This document shows positions 1 to 9,353 of a DNA stretch of 64,000 nucleotides, one piece after another. Under the pieces are notes generated by a model, which was given only the letters and a program-made list of their open reading frames with translations, did no database searches and was not told the origin of the DNA. Source of the stretch: Gammaproteobacteria bacterium (GTDB lineage: Bacteria; Pseudomonadota; Gammaproteobacteria; Tethybacterales; G965206325). How positions within the stretch are numbered: position 1 is the first letter of the stretch; the number at the start of each line of letters is the position of its first letter. The position numbers and the translations under genes are program-made. Where the stretch lies: contig OZ242208.1 of assembly GCA_965206325.1 (NCBI GenBank), forward strand, positions 104,687-168,686, in the 5' to 3' direction.

Positions 1-314
1 ACAAAAATGTCCTCGCCGCGCAGCGGGCCTTCATCCTCGCTCGAAAACGGAAAGACGGAAGCCGACGGCACGATAAACGGCGCCGCCAGCGATTCGTTGA
101 TTTCCACATCGGTGACTTCCGAAATCAGCCCTTTGCGAACCGCCTCCAGAATCTTGCGCTCTTGATTCGTAAAAAAGATCCGCCCCATTTCTTCGCGACC
201 GACGGCCGACAAATCCGCCGCGCCTTCCGCATGCGCCGGCACAGCCAGCATCGCCGCAACGGACAGCAGAGTCGCCGCTGCCGCCGAATTCAATCCGAGC
301 CGAATCATCGTCAT
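1..314 (-). CDS. Exported pilus/T2SS-cluster protein, partial (runs off left edge)
   Basis: Not in ORF track. ATG at 314 overlaps the upstream stop (ATGA). Manual translation MTMIRLGLNSAAAATLLSVAAMLAVPAHA-EGAAD...MGRIFFTNQERKILE shows a signal peptide and stays open to base 1. Confidence 0.75.
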   Translation of the reverse strand, partial: MTMIRLGLNSAAAATLLSVAAMLAVPAHAEGAADLSAVGREEMGRIFFTNQERKILEAVRKGLISEVTDVEINESLAAPFIVPSASVFPFSSEDEGPLRGEDIF

Positions 315-979
315 AGCCGTCTCCTTTCTTCTTCCAGTTTAATCTGCTCTTCGCGCGAAAGCCCTTTGTCGGGGTCCGCCACCGTAATCCATTCCAGACG
401 GCATTCCCCCGTCATATTGGGGCGATTCACCGCTTCAAAGCGACTGGAGTGGCGGTCAACCCGGCAGAAAGTGGGAATGAAAACCCCGCTCACTTCCTTG
501 GCGTAATCGTTTAAAAACAGCAGCACATCCAGCACATGGAGCATTCCCATTTTGATGGTCATCGGACTCGCCTGCACGCTTACGCTGCTGTTTTCGGTGT
601 AGACGGAGGAATCCGAATCAAACACCTCCTGCGCACTGATTTGGTAACTGATGGGAAAAAGATTCCGCCGCTCCTGAATCGTCTGAAGCGTTTCCACCCA
701 CGCGAGGCGGCTTTCTTCGCCGAGCAGCCCGTGCGCCTCCCAGTCCCGGTAGGATTGGGCGTATTGATTTTGCAGGCGCTCTTCGTCCTGAATGGTGGCG
801 AGCCGCTCCTGAAAATTATCCTGCTCCTGCTTCAAAATCGCATTTTCCCGCTGGGACTGAGAGGAAAAGGTCGCCGCGCCCCACTCCGCGCCGTAGGCGA
901 TAGCAAGGCAAATACCGGCGAAAATCGCCGTCGCCATCACCACTCGCCGCTCTTTGGGATAAAGTTGTATGTCCGCCAT
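311..979 (-). CDS. PilO/GspM-like inner-membrane pilus alignment protein
   Basis: N-terminal TM helix, coiled coil and periplasmic domain; lies downstream of the PilM/N-like gene. Confidence 0.6.
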   Translation of the reverse strand: MADIQLYPKERRVVMATAIFAGICLAIAYGAEWGAATFSSQSQRENAILKQEQDNFQERLATIQDEERLQNQYAQSYRDWEAHGLLGEESRLAWVETLQTIQERRNLFPISYQISAQEVFDSDSSVYTENSSVSVQASPMTIKMGMLHVLDVLLFLNDYAKEVSGVFIPTFCRVDRHSSRFEAVNRPNMTGECRLEWITVADPDKGLSREEQIKLEEERRRL

Positions 980-1000
980 GTCGCTTGCTCCGCTTGCCGA

Positions 1001-2635
1001 TTATATCCGCCGCCGCAGATTTTCGGTAATTTCTTCTTCGTCGAACTGCTTCCACAGAACGCGCACTTCAAATTCGCGCCCTTGCAATTCATCGGCGATG
1101 GCGCCGCCTTCGCCGACGGTGCCGGAAAGTTGCCCTTGCGCTGTCGTCCTTGCCGGAACCAGCACCGGATCCACCAGCACATCCGGACGATCTTCAAACG
1201 ATGTCAAAAATTGCTCCACGGCATCCAGCACTTCCTGATAAGGCGCGTTTTCGCCCTGCTGGAAATTTCCCTTCAGCACCACCACCTGATAAACGGATTT
1301 GCCGGACAAATACGCCATATCGCTGCCCGTCGAGCCGCTTTCGCTGTCGGTGAGATACCACTCGTAAGATTCCAGACGCACCGACGGATTGCGCGATATC
1401 GCCTTGCTGATGTAAAGCATCAGCGGACCGGGGCTAAACACTTCGCTCCTCGCCGCTCCGAAGATTCCATCCACCGCCCGCATATTGCTTGGGCTGGAAG
1501 GCGCCTCGCCGAAAGCCGTAATTTGACGGCGATAGTTGTTTCGCAATTGCTCCACTTTCGCCTGCAATTCATTGTTTTCCGATTGATAATTCGTCCACGC
1601 GCCCAAAAATCCGAGCCCGCCGCCCCACAGCGCCAGCAACAGATAAAGGCCGAAAACAAATGACACGGCGGTGCAGCCCAGCCGCATCCAGTAATAGCGA
1701 ATTTGATTGAACGCCGCCATCTGCCCGATTCGCAGCGACGAAAACATGCTGTGCAATTGCAGCGAAGTGTCCCGCCCCAAATCGCCCATCGGCGTGCGAA
1801 TTCCCAGCGTCCGCCCGATGGCGGCGGCATCGTGAAAATTAAACCGCAGCCGCTCGGTATTCGGCACTAATTCCCGCAACTGCGCCAATTCCGCCGACGG
1901 ACAAATTACATGCGATTCCATTTTGACATTGCCGGATGTCAACTTCAAACTGTTCAGATACTGCAGCATCCGGTCGCCTTCTTTTTTAAGCGACTTCGCC
2001 AATTCTTCCGGCGTGTCCGTCCGCACTTTGGTCAGACGACTGAAGCGAATCTTGCTGTCGGCGTAATAAATCTGCCGAAGCAGTCCGCTTTCGTGCATCG
2101 TCACTAAAACAATGTGCGGACCGGAAATGCCGGTCGCTTTCAGCGACTGCTGACTCAGCAGCGAAATGCCATTAACGCCCGCGATGGACATATCCGCCTT
2201 TTCAATTTCGCGCACCCACGGCTGCACTTTTTCGGTCGTGAGGATGCCGAAAAACAGCACCAAGTCCTCCCGCCGGCCTAATTCTTCGCGCCCTTGCACA
2301 ATCGCCTGCGTGTATTGCGCGCCGCGAAATAATTGCGGAATCTTCCGCTGGAAAAAATCGTAGCGGAATTTGCCGATAAGGTGCGGCGTCTTTTCAAAGC
2401 GATAGTCCTCGCCGATGACATTCGCCAGAATGTGAATCGGCCGCTCCCGCAGACGCTGGCCGCTTTCCTTCAGGTATTCGGCGAAGCGGGCGATGCCGGC
2501 GGAATCATTGGGAAACCGCGCAATCTCCTGAAAGGAGCCGCGCTGCCACGACACCAGCGCCGCGTCTTCGTCATTAACGAGAAGACCATAGCGGCGAAAC
2601 GGCCACGCCATTGACGGAATTTTAATTTCAAGCAT
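1001..2635 (-). CDS. PilM-PilN (GspL-like) fused assembly protein
   Basis: About 320-aa cytoplasmic region, single TM, then coiled coil and periplasmic domain; cluster context. Confidence 0.6.
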   Translation of the reverse strand: MLEIKIPSMAWPFRRYGLLVNDEDAALVSWQRGSFQEIARFPNDSAGIARFAEYLKESGQRLRERPIHILANVIGEDYRFEKTPHLIGKFRYDFFQRKIPQLFRGAQYTQAIVQGREELGRREDLVLFFGILTTEKVQPWVREIEKADMSIAGVNGISLLSQQSLKATGISGPHIVLVTMHESGLLRQIYYADSKIRFSRLTKVRTDTPEELAKSLKKEGDRMLQYLNSLKLTSGNVKMESHVICPSAELAQLRELVPNTERLRFNFHDAAAIGRTLGIRTPMGDLGRDTSLQLHSMFSSLRIGQMAAFNQIRYYWMRLGCTAVSFVFGLYLLLALWGGGLGFLGAWTNYQSENNELQAKVEQLRNNYRRQITAFGEAPSSPSNMRAVDGIFGAARSEVFSPGPLMLYISKAISRNPSVRLESYEWYLTDSESGSTGSDMAYLSGKSVYQVVVLKGNFQQGENAPYQEVLDAVEQFLTSFEDRPDVLVDPVLVPARTTAQGQLSGTVGEGGAIADELQGREFEVRVLWKQFDEEEITENLRRRI

Positions 2636-2659
2636 TTCGCATCTCCGATTGCGCCGCCA

Positions 2660-3865
2660 TCAGCCGGCTCCGACCTTGCCGACAAGATCGTAAAGCGGAA
2701 AATAAACGGCGAGAATAATCCATATCAGCAATCCGGCGATGACAAACAGCATCAGCGGGCCAATCGCCGCCTGCGCCGCTTCAATGGCTTCAACGGCGTC
2801 CTTATCGTAATACGATTTCACCTGCTGCATGGATGCGTCAATGCCGCCGGTCGTTTCGCCCAGCCGAAGCATCCGCAAAACCAGCGGCGGAAAAATGCCG
2901 GACACCTTAAACGCCTCCGTCAGCGGACTGCCATTGATGATGTCTTCAATAATCTTGCCGAGACCCCGCCCGATAAAGCGATTGCCAAGCGCGCCCTGCG
3001 AAATTTTAAGAGAATCAATTACATTGATTCCCGACGCATACAGCAGCCCGAAAATGTTGGCGAAGCGCGACAGAATAATCTTTTCCGCCACCACGCCGAA
3101 AATCGGAAAGCGCACTTTCATTTTATCCAGATAGTAATCCACCCCCGGAATCGTCCGGATGCCGATGGTTACCGCAAAGAAAGCCACCACCGGCGCAATC
3201 AAAATAAACTGCCAATTGTTGATGATGAAATCGGCGGTGTTGATGAGGGCAATCGTATACACCGGCAATTCCTGCCCCAGCGACGCCAGCACCGTTGTGA
3301 TTTTCGGCACTACATAGCCGAGCAAAAAGCCCGCCGCCCCGATCATCACCAGCAGAGCGAATAGCGGATACATAAACACCTTCACGGTGCGTTTGCGCAT
3401 TTCCGCCTGCCACTTGATGGTGTCGCCCAGATTCTTGAGCACCGTCGCCAATTCGCCCGATTCTTCGCCGGCTTCCACCAAACTGACGAAGACCTCGTCG
3501 AAAATTTTGGGATGCTTGCGCAGGGCGTCGGAAAGCGTGCTGCCCTGCTCAATCTCTTGAATAATCACGCCGACGACATAACGCAGCGACGGATTGGAAA
3601 CCGAATCCCGCACATCCGAAAGCCCTTCCAGCAACGGCACGCCCCCGGCGACCAACTGCTCCAAATAAAAGCAGAATTGCGCGAGTTCGTCCTTGCCGAC
3701 CTTCCGCTGAAACAGCGGCGCGCCGCTTTTGATTTCGCGTCCGCTGACTAACTGCAGACCCAGACGCGAAAGCCGCGACTCCAAATCAGCCGTGCCTTGC
3801 GCTTCCAGCCGGCCCCGAATTGTGTGGCCCGACTGATTAACCGCCGTGTATCCAAAAAGCGCCAT
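2660..3865 (-). CDS. Type II secretion F / PilC / MshG platform protein
   Basis: Two T2SSF repeats (GVPLLEGL...GEESGEL; SGINVIDSL...GETTGGID), C-terminal YFPLY. Confidence 0.92.
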   Translation of the reverse strand: MALFGYTAVNQSGHTIRGRLEAQGTADLESRLSRLGLQLVSGREIKSGAPLFQRKVGKDELAQFCFYLEQLVAGGVPLLEGLSDVRDSVSNPSLRYVVGVIIQEIEQGSTLSDALRKHPKIFDEVFVSLVEAGEESGELATVLKNLGDTIKWQAEMRKRTVKVFMYPLFALLVMIGAAGFLLGYVVPKITTVLASLGQELPVYTIALINTADFIINNWQFILIAPVVAFFAVTIGIRTIPGVDYYLDKMKVRFPIFGVVAEKIILSRFANIFGLLYASGINVIDSLKISQGALGNRFIGRGLGKIIEDIINGSPLTEAFKVSGIFPPLVLRMLRLGETTGGIDASMQQVKSYYDKDAVEAIEAAQAAIGPLMLFVIAGLLIWIILAVYFPLYDLVGKVGAG

Positions 3866-3870
3866 TGCCG

Positions 3871-5625
3871 TTAATTAATTTTAATAAATTGAGTCAGGTC
3901 TACCACCCGGGAAATTTCGGCCAGCGAAGTCGTCCCCTCGGCGACTTTCTCAATCGCATTCTCCGCCAGCGAAACAAAGCTGTTCGTGTCAAGCGCCTTT
4001 TGCTTGATTTCGCGCACCGCCGCCCGATGCGAAACTAATTCGTCCAGTTCCTCATTAAACTTAAGAATCTCCATCACGGCGACGCGCCCTTTGTATCCCT
4101 GATACTCGCAATGCACGCAGCCGACCGACTGCCGCATATTTTCCAGTTTCCAATTGTCGCCGAGGACGGCCTGCAGAATCGTCTTTTCGTCTTCGGTGAT
4201 TTCTTCCTTTTGCGTCTTGCACTGCGGGCACAGAGTCCGCACCAGCCGCTGAGCGACAACCCCAATAATGTTGCCCGCCATAATGTCCGGCAGCACGCCC
4301 ATATCCAGCAGACGCGGAATTATGCCGAGTGCATTGTTTGTGTGCAGAGACGATAAAACCTGATGCCCCGTCATCGCCGCCCGCAGAGTCATATCGGCGG
4401 TTTCGTTGTCCCGAATCTCGCCGATGAGAATAATGTCCGGATCCTGCCGCATCATGGATTTGATTCCCGACGCCCAATCCATCTTGGAGGAATCGCTGAC
4501 CGCCGACTGCCGAATCATGTGCATCGGATATTCAATCGGATCCTCCATCGTCATAATATTGACCGACTCCTTGTTCAAATGACCGAGAATGGAATACAGC
4601 GTCGTCGTTTTGCCGCTGCCCGTCGGGCCGGTAACAAGGATGATTCCTTCCGGCCGGGCGACCATCAATTCCAGCATTCTTTGCGCCTGATCGTTGAGTC
4701 CGAGTCCGTCAATCGCCATTAAATTCCGCTGCTGGTCCAGAATTCGCAGGACGAAATTTTCGCCGTGCGCGGTCGGCTGGGCGCCGACGCGGAAATCCAC
4801 AATCCGCCCGTAAAGCGTCATCGTAATGCGGCCGTCCTGCGGCACGCGCGATTCGGCGATATTCATCTGGCACATCACCTTCAGCCGCACCGCCATGGAA
4901 TCCCAATAACTGCGATGCAAACTGCGAATCTGCCGCAGCACGCCGTCAATCCGATAGCGCACCCGCAGAAAGCTTTCCTCCGGCTCAAAGTGAATATCGG
5001 AGGCGCCCCGCTTGACGGCATCGTTCAAAAAGGCATTAACAAGGCGCACAATCGGATGCTGCGACCCGCCGTCCGCCTGCAGGGAAGTGACCGCCACATC
5101 CACTTCGCCGGTTTCAATTTCGTTCAGAATTCCCTCGATGGAGAGTTCCAGCCCGTAGTATTCGTCCACCGCCCGGCTGATATCCGATTCGCCGGCGACT
5201 TTGACATCCAATTCGTATTCGCCCTGCAGAATCGCCCGAATCTGATCAAAGATAATCAGATTGTCCGGATTCGCCGCCGCCACAGAGACGACTTTCCGCG
5301 ATTCGTCGTAGGCGTAGGGAAAGATATTGTAGCGTTTCGCCACATCCATCGGAATTTTTTCCAGCGCATCCGGATCCACATTGACCATCCGCAAGTCAAC
5401 GCTTTCCTTGCCGCCCGCTTCCGAGAGCACATCGCGGATGGTCGCCTCCGTGACAAAGCCGAGACGCACCAGAACTCGTCCGACCGGGTCCCGCGAATTC
5501 TGCTGCTCCATCAAAGCGATGCGCAGTTGATCTTCGGTGAGGACGCCTTTTTCCAGCAGCCGCTCGCCGAGCGGCAGGTCCTCTTTTTCCTCTTCAAAAT
5601 CCGTGTCGTCGGTCAAATCAGCCAT
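3871..5625 (-). CDS. GspE/PilB/MshE secretion ATPase
   Basis: ASDIHFEP, Walker A GPTGSGKTTTLY, EDPIEY, RQDPDIILIGEIRD, CPQC...CVHC zinc site, N-terminal MshEN-like region. Confidence 0.95.
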   Translation of the reverse strand: MADLTDDTDFEEEKEDLPLGERLLEKGVLTEDQLRIALMEQQNSRDPVGRVLVRLGFVTEATIRDVLSEAGGKESVDLRMVNVDPDALEKIPMDVAKRYNIFPYAYDESRKVVSVAAANPDNLIIFDQIRAILQGEYELDVKVAGESDISRAVDEYYGLELSIEGILNEIETGEVDVAVTSLQADGGSQHPIVRLVNAFLNDAVKRGASDIHFEPEESFLRVRYRIDGVLRQIRSLHRSYWDSMAVRLKVMCQMNIAESRVPQDGRITMTLYGRIVDFRVGAQPTAHGENFVLRILDQQRNLMAIDGLGLNDQAQRMLELMVARPEGIILVTGPTGSGKTTTLYSILGHLNKESVNIMTMEDPIEYPMHMIRQSAVSDSSKMDWASGIKSMMRQDPDIILIGEIRDNETADMTLRAAMTGHQVLSSLHTNNALGIIPRLLDMGVLPDIMAGNIIGVVAQRLVRTLCPQCKTQKEEITEDEKTILQAVLGDNWKLENMRQSVGCVHCEYQGYKGRVAVMEILKFNEELDELVSHRAAVREIKQKALDTNSFVSLAENAIEKVAEGTTSLAEISRVVDLTQFIKIN

Positions 5626-5648
5626 TGTGTGTTGTCCTCTTGTTCGCT

Positions 5649-7256
5649 TTATTTGGTTAAATCCGCGATGCGCGCCCGCAGGGTGTCGGCGTCAAAGCCG
5701 CTCGGCGCCGTGTTGGAAAGTTTAAGCGCTTCGCGGTAATAGCGCAAGGCAATGTCGCGCTTATTCAAATAATCCAGCGTCACCGCTAAATTATAAGCGT
5801 AATCCGGATTTTCCGCATCGCGCGAAAACGCGCTGAAATACGACTCCTGCGCTTCTACCCATCGCTGCTGCTCGGCGTAAATATTGCCGAGCGAAAAATA
5901 CAGCCGCGAATCCACTGCCGGCTCAGCGCCGATTAAACTCTTAATGCGCTGCTCGGATAAAATTGGATTCGCCTGCTGCGTCTGCAAATTAATCAATTCG
6001 GCAATCGCCACCGGATCTTTCGGATGATAATCCAGCAGCCGCAAATAAATGGAAGCCGCCAATTGATACCGTCCGCCGCTGGCCGCCACTTGCGCCAGAC
6101 CGCGCAGCGAATCCACATTAGACGGATCGTCCAGCAGAATGCGGCGGAAAATCGCCTCCGCACCCGCAAGATTCCCCTCGGCATACATTGACTGCGCGCG
6201 CATTAAACTATCGCGCTTTTCAGTGGATGCCAATTTTTTCACACTGATTCCGCCGCTGTCTTCCGAACTCGCCGCCACTTCAATCGGCGGCGACGATTCC
6301 ACCGCAGGCGCGACATCGGCGATAACTTCAACCGAAGATTCGTCGTTGGCGGCGGAAGTGGAAATGATTTCAATTTCCACTGCGCTGGCGCTGTCCAATT
6401 CAATCTTTTGCGCCCGCGAAAGCAGGGCGGTCGCTACAGGGGCTTCTTCCGGATTAAATCCGCCGCCGACTCCTTCGGCCGATTCTTCGTTGACAAGCAA
6501 TCCGGTCAGCGGAGTCGGCGATGCCACCGGCTCTACCGTTGCTCCGGTTAAAATAGCGATGCGGCGCGCCACATCTTCGGATACATCCGAGCCTTCGCCC
6601 AAATCGCCCGCGACTTCCAGCGAGGCGTAGTCCAATTCACTTTGAATGTCCGCCACTGGCGCGGGCAGGGGAAGGGCTTCTTCTTCCGTCGCTTGCAATT
6701 GCTGAACCGCCGATGCCGGCACGGACGGCGCCGACGCCACCGGCGCGGACGGCGAAATCAATTCTTCCACTCCCGAATAATATTCGGGAAAAACAAAATA
6801 GCCGCCGCCGAGAACGGCAATCAGCACAATAAAAGCCAGCACCAACGGACCGACTTGACGCTTGCCCGCCTCGTCCGGCTTTGCTTGAAAGACGCGCCCC
6901 GCTTCCACTCGCCGACGCGCTCCCGCCGCCCCGCCGGTCGCCGCCGCCCGCAGACGCGAACCGCGCGTCGCCGCGCCAACTGCGCTGGGTGGTGCCGCGC
7001 CGCCGTCCGGCACCGCATCGAAATCAACCGCCGTCGAGGCGGCCGGTGCGGATGCTGGCGGCTCTTTCGTCTTAAGCGACATTCCGGCATCCGCCGCCGA
7101 TTCGGGCGCGGGCGCCGATTCCGCTGATTCGACCGCAGGCGCCGGTGCCGCCGCTTCGATCGCGGGTGCCGATGCCGCCGCTTCCGCGGCGGGTGCTTCG
7201 CTTTTTTCTTTGTTTTCGCGCTCCGCTTTTTTAAGCGCTTCAAGCAGCAAACTCAT
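5649..7256 (-). CDS. TPR-containing membrane protein (MshN-like)
   Basis: MSLLLEALKKAE start, low-complexity linker, TM, C-terminal TPRs (FSLGNIY, PDYAYNLAVTLD). Confidence 0.8.
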   Translation of the reverse strand: MSLLLEALKKAERENKEKSEAPAAEAAASAPAIEAAAPAPAVESAESAPAPESAADAGMSLKTKEPPASAPAASTAVDFDAVPDGGAAPPSAVGAATRGSRLRAAATGGAAGARRRVEAGRVFQAKPDEAGKRQVGPLVLAFIVLIAVLGGGYFVFPEYYSGVEELISPSAPVASAPSVPASAVQQLQATEEEALPLPAPVADIQSELDYASLEVAGDLGEGSDVSEDVARRIAILTGATVEPVASPTPLTGLLVNEESAEGVGGGFNPEEAPVATALLSRAQKIELDSASAVEIEIISTSAANDESSVEVIADVAPAVESSPPIEVAASSEDSGGISVKKLASTEKRDSLMRAQSMYAEGNLAGAEAIFRRILLDDPSNVDSLRGLAQVAASGGRYQLAASIYLRLLDYHPKDPVAIAELINLQTQQANPILSEQRIKSLIGAEPAVDSRLYFSLGNIYAEQQRWVEAQESYFSAFSRDAENPDYAYNLAVTLDYLNKRDIALRYYREALKLSNTAPSGFDADTLRARIADLTK

Positions 7257-7283
7257 TTTATGCTCCCGGTCCCGGCACCGACA

Positions 7284-9215
7284 TCATTGCCCAATCTGCG
7301 GCGGCGGAAACAGCGTATTGCCCTCTTTCCGACGGAGAAAATCCGTGTCCGGAAGGAGATTGCGATACTCGCTGTAATCGCCGAACAAACTCGGATTCTT
7401 AACGATTCTGGCGCGGATAAAAACCACCCATTCGCTCTTGAATGTCTGCTCGTTTTTGTGCTCAAACAGAGTCCCGATGCCGGGCAGTTTGCCCAATCCG
7501 GGGACATTGCTATTGATGTCCGCTGTGCGATCTTCCAGCAGTCCGCCCAAAACCGCCACTTCGCCGTCGCGCAGAGCCATCACCGATTCTAATTCGCGCA
7601 CGCGAACAATAGGAATGAACGTCCGCACACTGCTGGCGCCGCGTGGATTCGGGACTTCAACCCGGTCGACTACTCGCGTCACCGACGGCTTCAAATTCAG
7701 CATCACTATGCCGTCGCGGCTAATTTGCGGCATGACATTCATTGAAAACCCGATGGGGATGATTTCCTCTTCAACCGTAATTTCACGGGTGACGGTATCC
7801 GCGTCCTCGTCGATTTCTTCCTCCACTTCCACGCGGAAGTAAACCAAATTATCAACTACCTGCAAAAGTGCCGGCTGATTATTAAGGGTGGAAACGCGCG
7901 GACTGGAAATAACTTTGGCGTCGCCGAATCTTTCCAGCAAATCCACCGCCGCCGTTAAATCGCCGCTGCGAAATGTGCCGGTGAGAAAGTTACCGTCCTC
8001 TGGCGACCGATGCGGAATCAGCGTGCCGGCATTCGGTCTGTCCGTAGTATAAGCTTCGCGCGTGACGGAATAGCCGACGACATTATCCTCACCCACCGAA
8101 ATGTCTTCAATTTCCGGTACTCCCTCGCCTCGGTTGCCGGCGGCATATTGCGACGCCGCCAGTTGAGCAGCATTTCGGGCATCCGTCAATGCTTGGCCGG
8201 TCAGTGTATGGTCAAAATTGAAAACCCGACTCTGCGACTGCAAAACCTGCCCGACAATCGCTCCGACCGGACCCGGCAATCCGTTCGTGCCCCCAAAGCC
8301 CGTCGACTGGGTAAGACCGAATTTTTTGTTCAGATACGACCAGTCAATTCCTTGCTGATATCTGTTATTCAGCACGACTTCAACTACCGTCGCTTCCAGC
8401 AGAACCTGCCGTCCGGCAATTTCGCCGATGCGATCCAGCAATTCCTGCACTTGCTTGTGCTGCTTGCCGTTGGCGTAAACCAAAATAACGCCGGTCGGGC
8501 GATGAATGGTGTAGGTGGATTCTTCCGCGTCCAGCCGTGTTTCCCGCTCTTCGCCGGCGCTCACTCGCTCGTCCGAAGAATCTTCCCCTTCGGTAATTTC
8601 GACATCCAGCAATTCGTCCAATGAATCTTCCAGCGCCGCCCAAAAATTATTGTCGCCGGTGTTGCTGACGGATGCGCTGCTGGTGCCCCCGGCGCCGCCG
8701 GCCAAATTCCCCTGAATGGATGCGGAGGATGAACCGGTGCGATCCAGATTGACATAATCCAAAACATACTGCTTGAAAAAGGGCTCGTCCGGCAGAACGG
8801 TAATGCTGTCGCCGTGGACCTCCACGCGAATGTCAATCTGAATGGCGATGCGCTCCAGAATGCTGTCCAGCGTTTCATCAATGGCGCTGATGGAGACAAT
8901 TCCACCGACGCGGGAATCAATATCCATATCCACGCCTGCATCGCGCGCGAGGGCGAACAGCAATTCCTGCACATCCACTTTCGTCACAACGACGCTAAAA
9001 GTTTCCGCTCCTTCCGACAATTCCAGCGCGGGCAGCGTCGGCGAGCGGCGCACCAACTGCGGAATGTTTTCCACGCTGACGGGCTCTTCCTCCGCAACCT
9101 GCTCATCAGTAATATGATGCTCGCTCAATTCATAATTGGGCGAGCCGCAGCCGGCCACAAGCGCAGCAAAAGAGGAGCTCAGGGCGAGCGCCTTAGCGAG
9201 AGAATTCGTCTTCAT
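7284..9215 (-). CDS. Lipoprotein secretin (MshL/GspD family)
   Basis: Start reassigned to ATG 9215 (purine-rich RBS; lipobox LVAGC). Secretin motifs QVLLEATVVEV, GIDWS, SSPRVSTLNNQPA, VPGLGKLPGIGTLF. Confidence 0.9.
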   Translation of the reverse strand: MKTNSLAKALALSSSFAALVAGCGSPNYELSEHHITDEQVAEEEPVSVENIPQLVRRSPTLPALELSEGAETFSVVVTKVDVQELLFALARDAGVDMDIDSRVGGIVSISAIDETLDSILERIAIQIDIRVEVHGDSITVLPDEPFFKQYVLDYVNLDRTGSSSASIQGNLAGGAGGTSSASVSNTGDNNFWAALEDSLDELLDVEITEGEDSSDERVSAGEERETRLDAEESTYTIHRPTGVILVYANGKQHKQVQELLDRIGEIAGRQVLLEATVVEVVLNNRYQQGIDWSYLNKKFGLTQSTGFGGTNGLPGPVGAIVGQVLQSQSRVFNFDHTLTGQALTDARNAAQLAASQYAAGNRGEGVPEIEDISVGEDNVVGYSVTREAYTTDRPNAGTLIPHRSPEDGNFLTGTFRSGDLTAAVDLLERFGDAKVISSPRVSTLNNQPALLQVVDNLVYFRVEVEEEIDEDADTVTREITVEEEIIPIGFSMNVMPQISRDGIVMLNLKPSVTRVVDRVEVPNPRGASSVRTFIPIVRVRELESVMALRDGEVAVLGGLLEDRTADINSNVPGLGKLPGIGTLFEHKNEQTFKSEWVVFIRARIVKNPSLFGDYSEYRNLLPDTDFLRRKEGNTLFPPPQIGQ

Positions 9216-9353
9216 TTCCACCCCTTTTTCTTCATTCAGGAAAGCACCGATTTTTGGTCGGGGCTTAATAATAGCAAAATATTCCGCCATGTCAAGCATT
9301 TCGGAATCTTTTTTCGCTTTTTTTACATCCGCCCCCAAGTCCGTTTTTTGGAA

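Noticed and set aside
536-5739. Long plus-strand ORFs (536-1663, 4765-5739)
   Set aside because: Antisense shadows of well-supported pilus genes, with no recognisable motifs; expected in GC-rich DNA.
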